64,000 bases of DNA from Chiloscyllium plagiosum (Eukaryota): positions 9,857,775-9,921,774 of the forward strand of contig NC_057719.1 in NCBI RefSeq assembly GCF_004010195.1, given 5' to 3'. Within the stretch, counting starts at the first letter, position 1; every line of letters begins with the position of its first letter. A model generated the notes under the pieces. The model made no database searches. It saw nothing but the letters and a program-made list of their open reading frames with translations, and was not told the DNA's origin. The translations under genes and the position numbers were made by a program. Of this stretch, positions 62,905 to 64,000 are shown piece by piece.

Positions 62905-63144
62905 AGAAAGTATAGAGGGGATGTCAGAGGCGAGTTCCTTACGCAGAGAGTTGTGAGAGCATGGAATATGTTGCCAGCAGCAGTTGTGGAAGCGAGGTCA
63001 TTGGGGATATTTAAGAGACTGCTGGACATGCATATGGTCAGAGAAATTTGAGGGTTCGTACATTAGGTTTACCTTACATGAGGATCAATGGTCGGCACAA
63101 CATCGTGGGCTGAAGAGCCTGTTCTGTGCTGTACTGTTCTATGT
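62905..63144 (+). mobile_element. CR1 3' end, same subfamily as the 3291-6820 element
   Basis: Highly similar to 6571-6810 (gcatatggtca...gaaatttgagggttcgtacattaggttt). Confidence 0.9.
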
Positions 63145-64000
63145 TACCTTCAACAGTCCAGCACTCCATCAGCACTGCACTCACATGTTAGCAAAACCGC
63201 TAACTGAATCCCAACGCCTACTCTCCATCTACCTTCAGGAGTGTGATGGAATTCTCTCCACCTGCCTGGGTGGGTCTAGCTCCAATAACACTCAAGAATC
63301 TTGACACCATCCAGAACAAAGCAGCCCACACTTGATTGGCACCGCATCCATATGCATCCATTCCCTGAACCACTGGTGCTCAGTAGCAGCAGTGTGTACC
63401 ATCTACAAGATGGACTGCAGAAAGTCATCAAAGCTTCTTAGTCAGTGCCTTCCAAACCCCATGACCACTTCCATTGAGAGGAACAAGGGCAGAAATGCTT
63501 GGGAACATCAGCACCCGCCAATTCCCCTCCAAGCCACTCGCCATTTTGACTTGGAAATATACCACTGCTCCATCACTGTTGCTGGGTTAAAGTCCTGGAA
63601 CATACTCATGAACAACATTGTGTGTGCATACCTACATGGCATAGACTGAAGTGGTTCAAAAAGGCAGCTCACCATCACCTTCTCAAGAACAACTAGGGAC
63701 GGGCAATAAATACTAGCTCAGTCAGCGACATCCATATCCCAACAGCGAGTGATAATAATTAATTCTACAGAATGTTTTAACTTGCAACATATCTACCCTG
63801 CCACAAGATGGCAAACTTGACCAGCTTGAAACTGAGAAGGTCAATATGATATTTTGTATTGTTGTCAAGTATACTCTCATTTTGAAAACAATATTGAAGC
63901 AACAAAGTGGAAAGTGAACAATCTTGAAGACACCATAATTCTTGTTCTGGCTGAATAGAAGGACAAAATGTCAGACTGAGCCCCAGTGAGATCTGACTCA

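Overview
Eukaryotic, repeat-dense intronic DNA. The repeat content (HE1-type SINEs, CR1 LINEs, a Deu-domain SINE) points to a shark or other cartilaginous fish (inference). The only supportable host coding sequence is one 439-nt minus-strand exon (7197-7635) of neurexin-3-alpha (LNS2 end plus most of LNS3) with canonical splice sites. No other neurexin exon was found, so the rest is intron (>7 kb on the left, >56 kb on the right). The introns contain a 3.5-kb decayed CR1 (esterase ORF1, APE/RT ORF2), many truncated and nested CR1s, about 20 HE1 SINEs, other SINE and LINE families, Rex1/Babar fragments, a Tigger-like MITE and probable solo LTRs. The most notable signal is a set of at least four sequence families of short (about 200-470 bp), mostly palindromic Penelope-derived elements. 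Each carries a minimal type-I hammerhead-ribozyme core (CUGANGA-N-stem II-GAAA-NN-UH) with covarying stems, and several are bounded by 13-15-bp target-site duplications. Also present are a ~950-bp local duplication whose second copy holds a chimeric inverted-CR1 + Rex1 insertion, a 111-bp direct repeat, and a fragmented ~44-bp minisatellite. Repeat boundaries are read by eye and approximate, and family names come from recognition rather than database searches.
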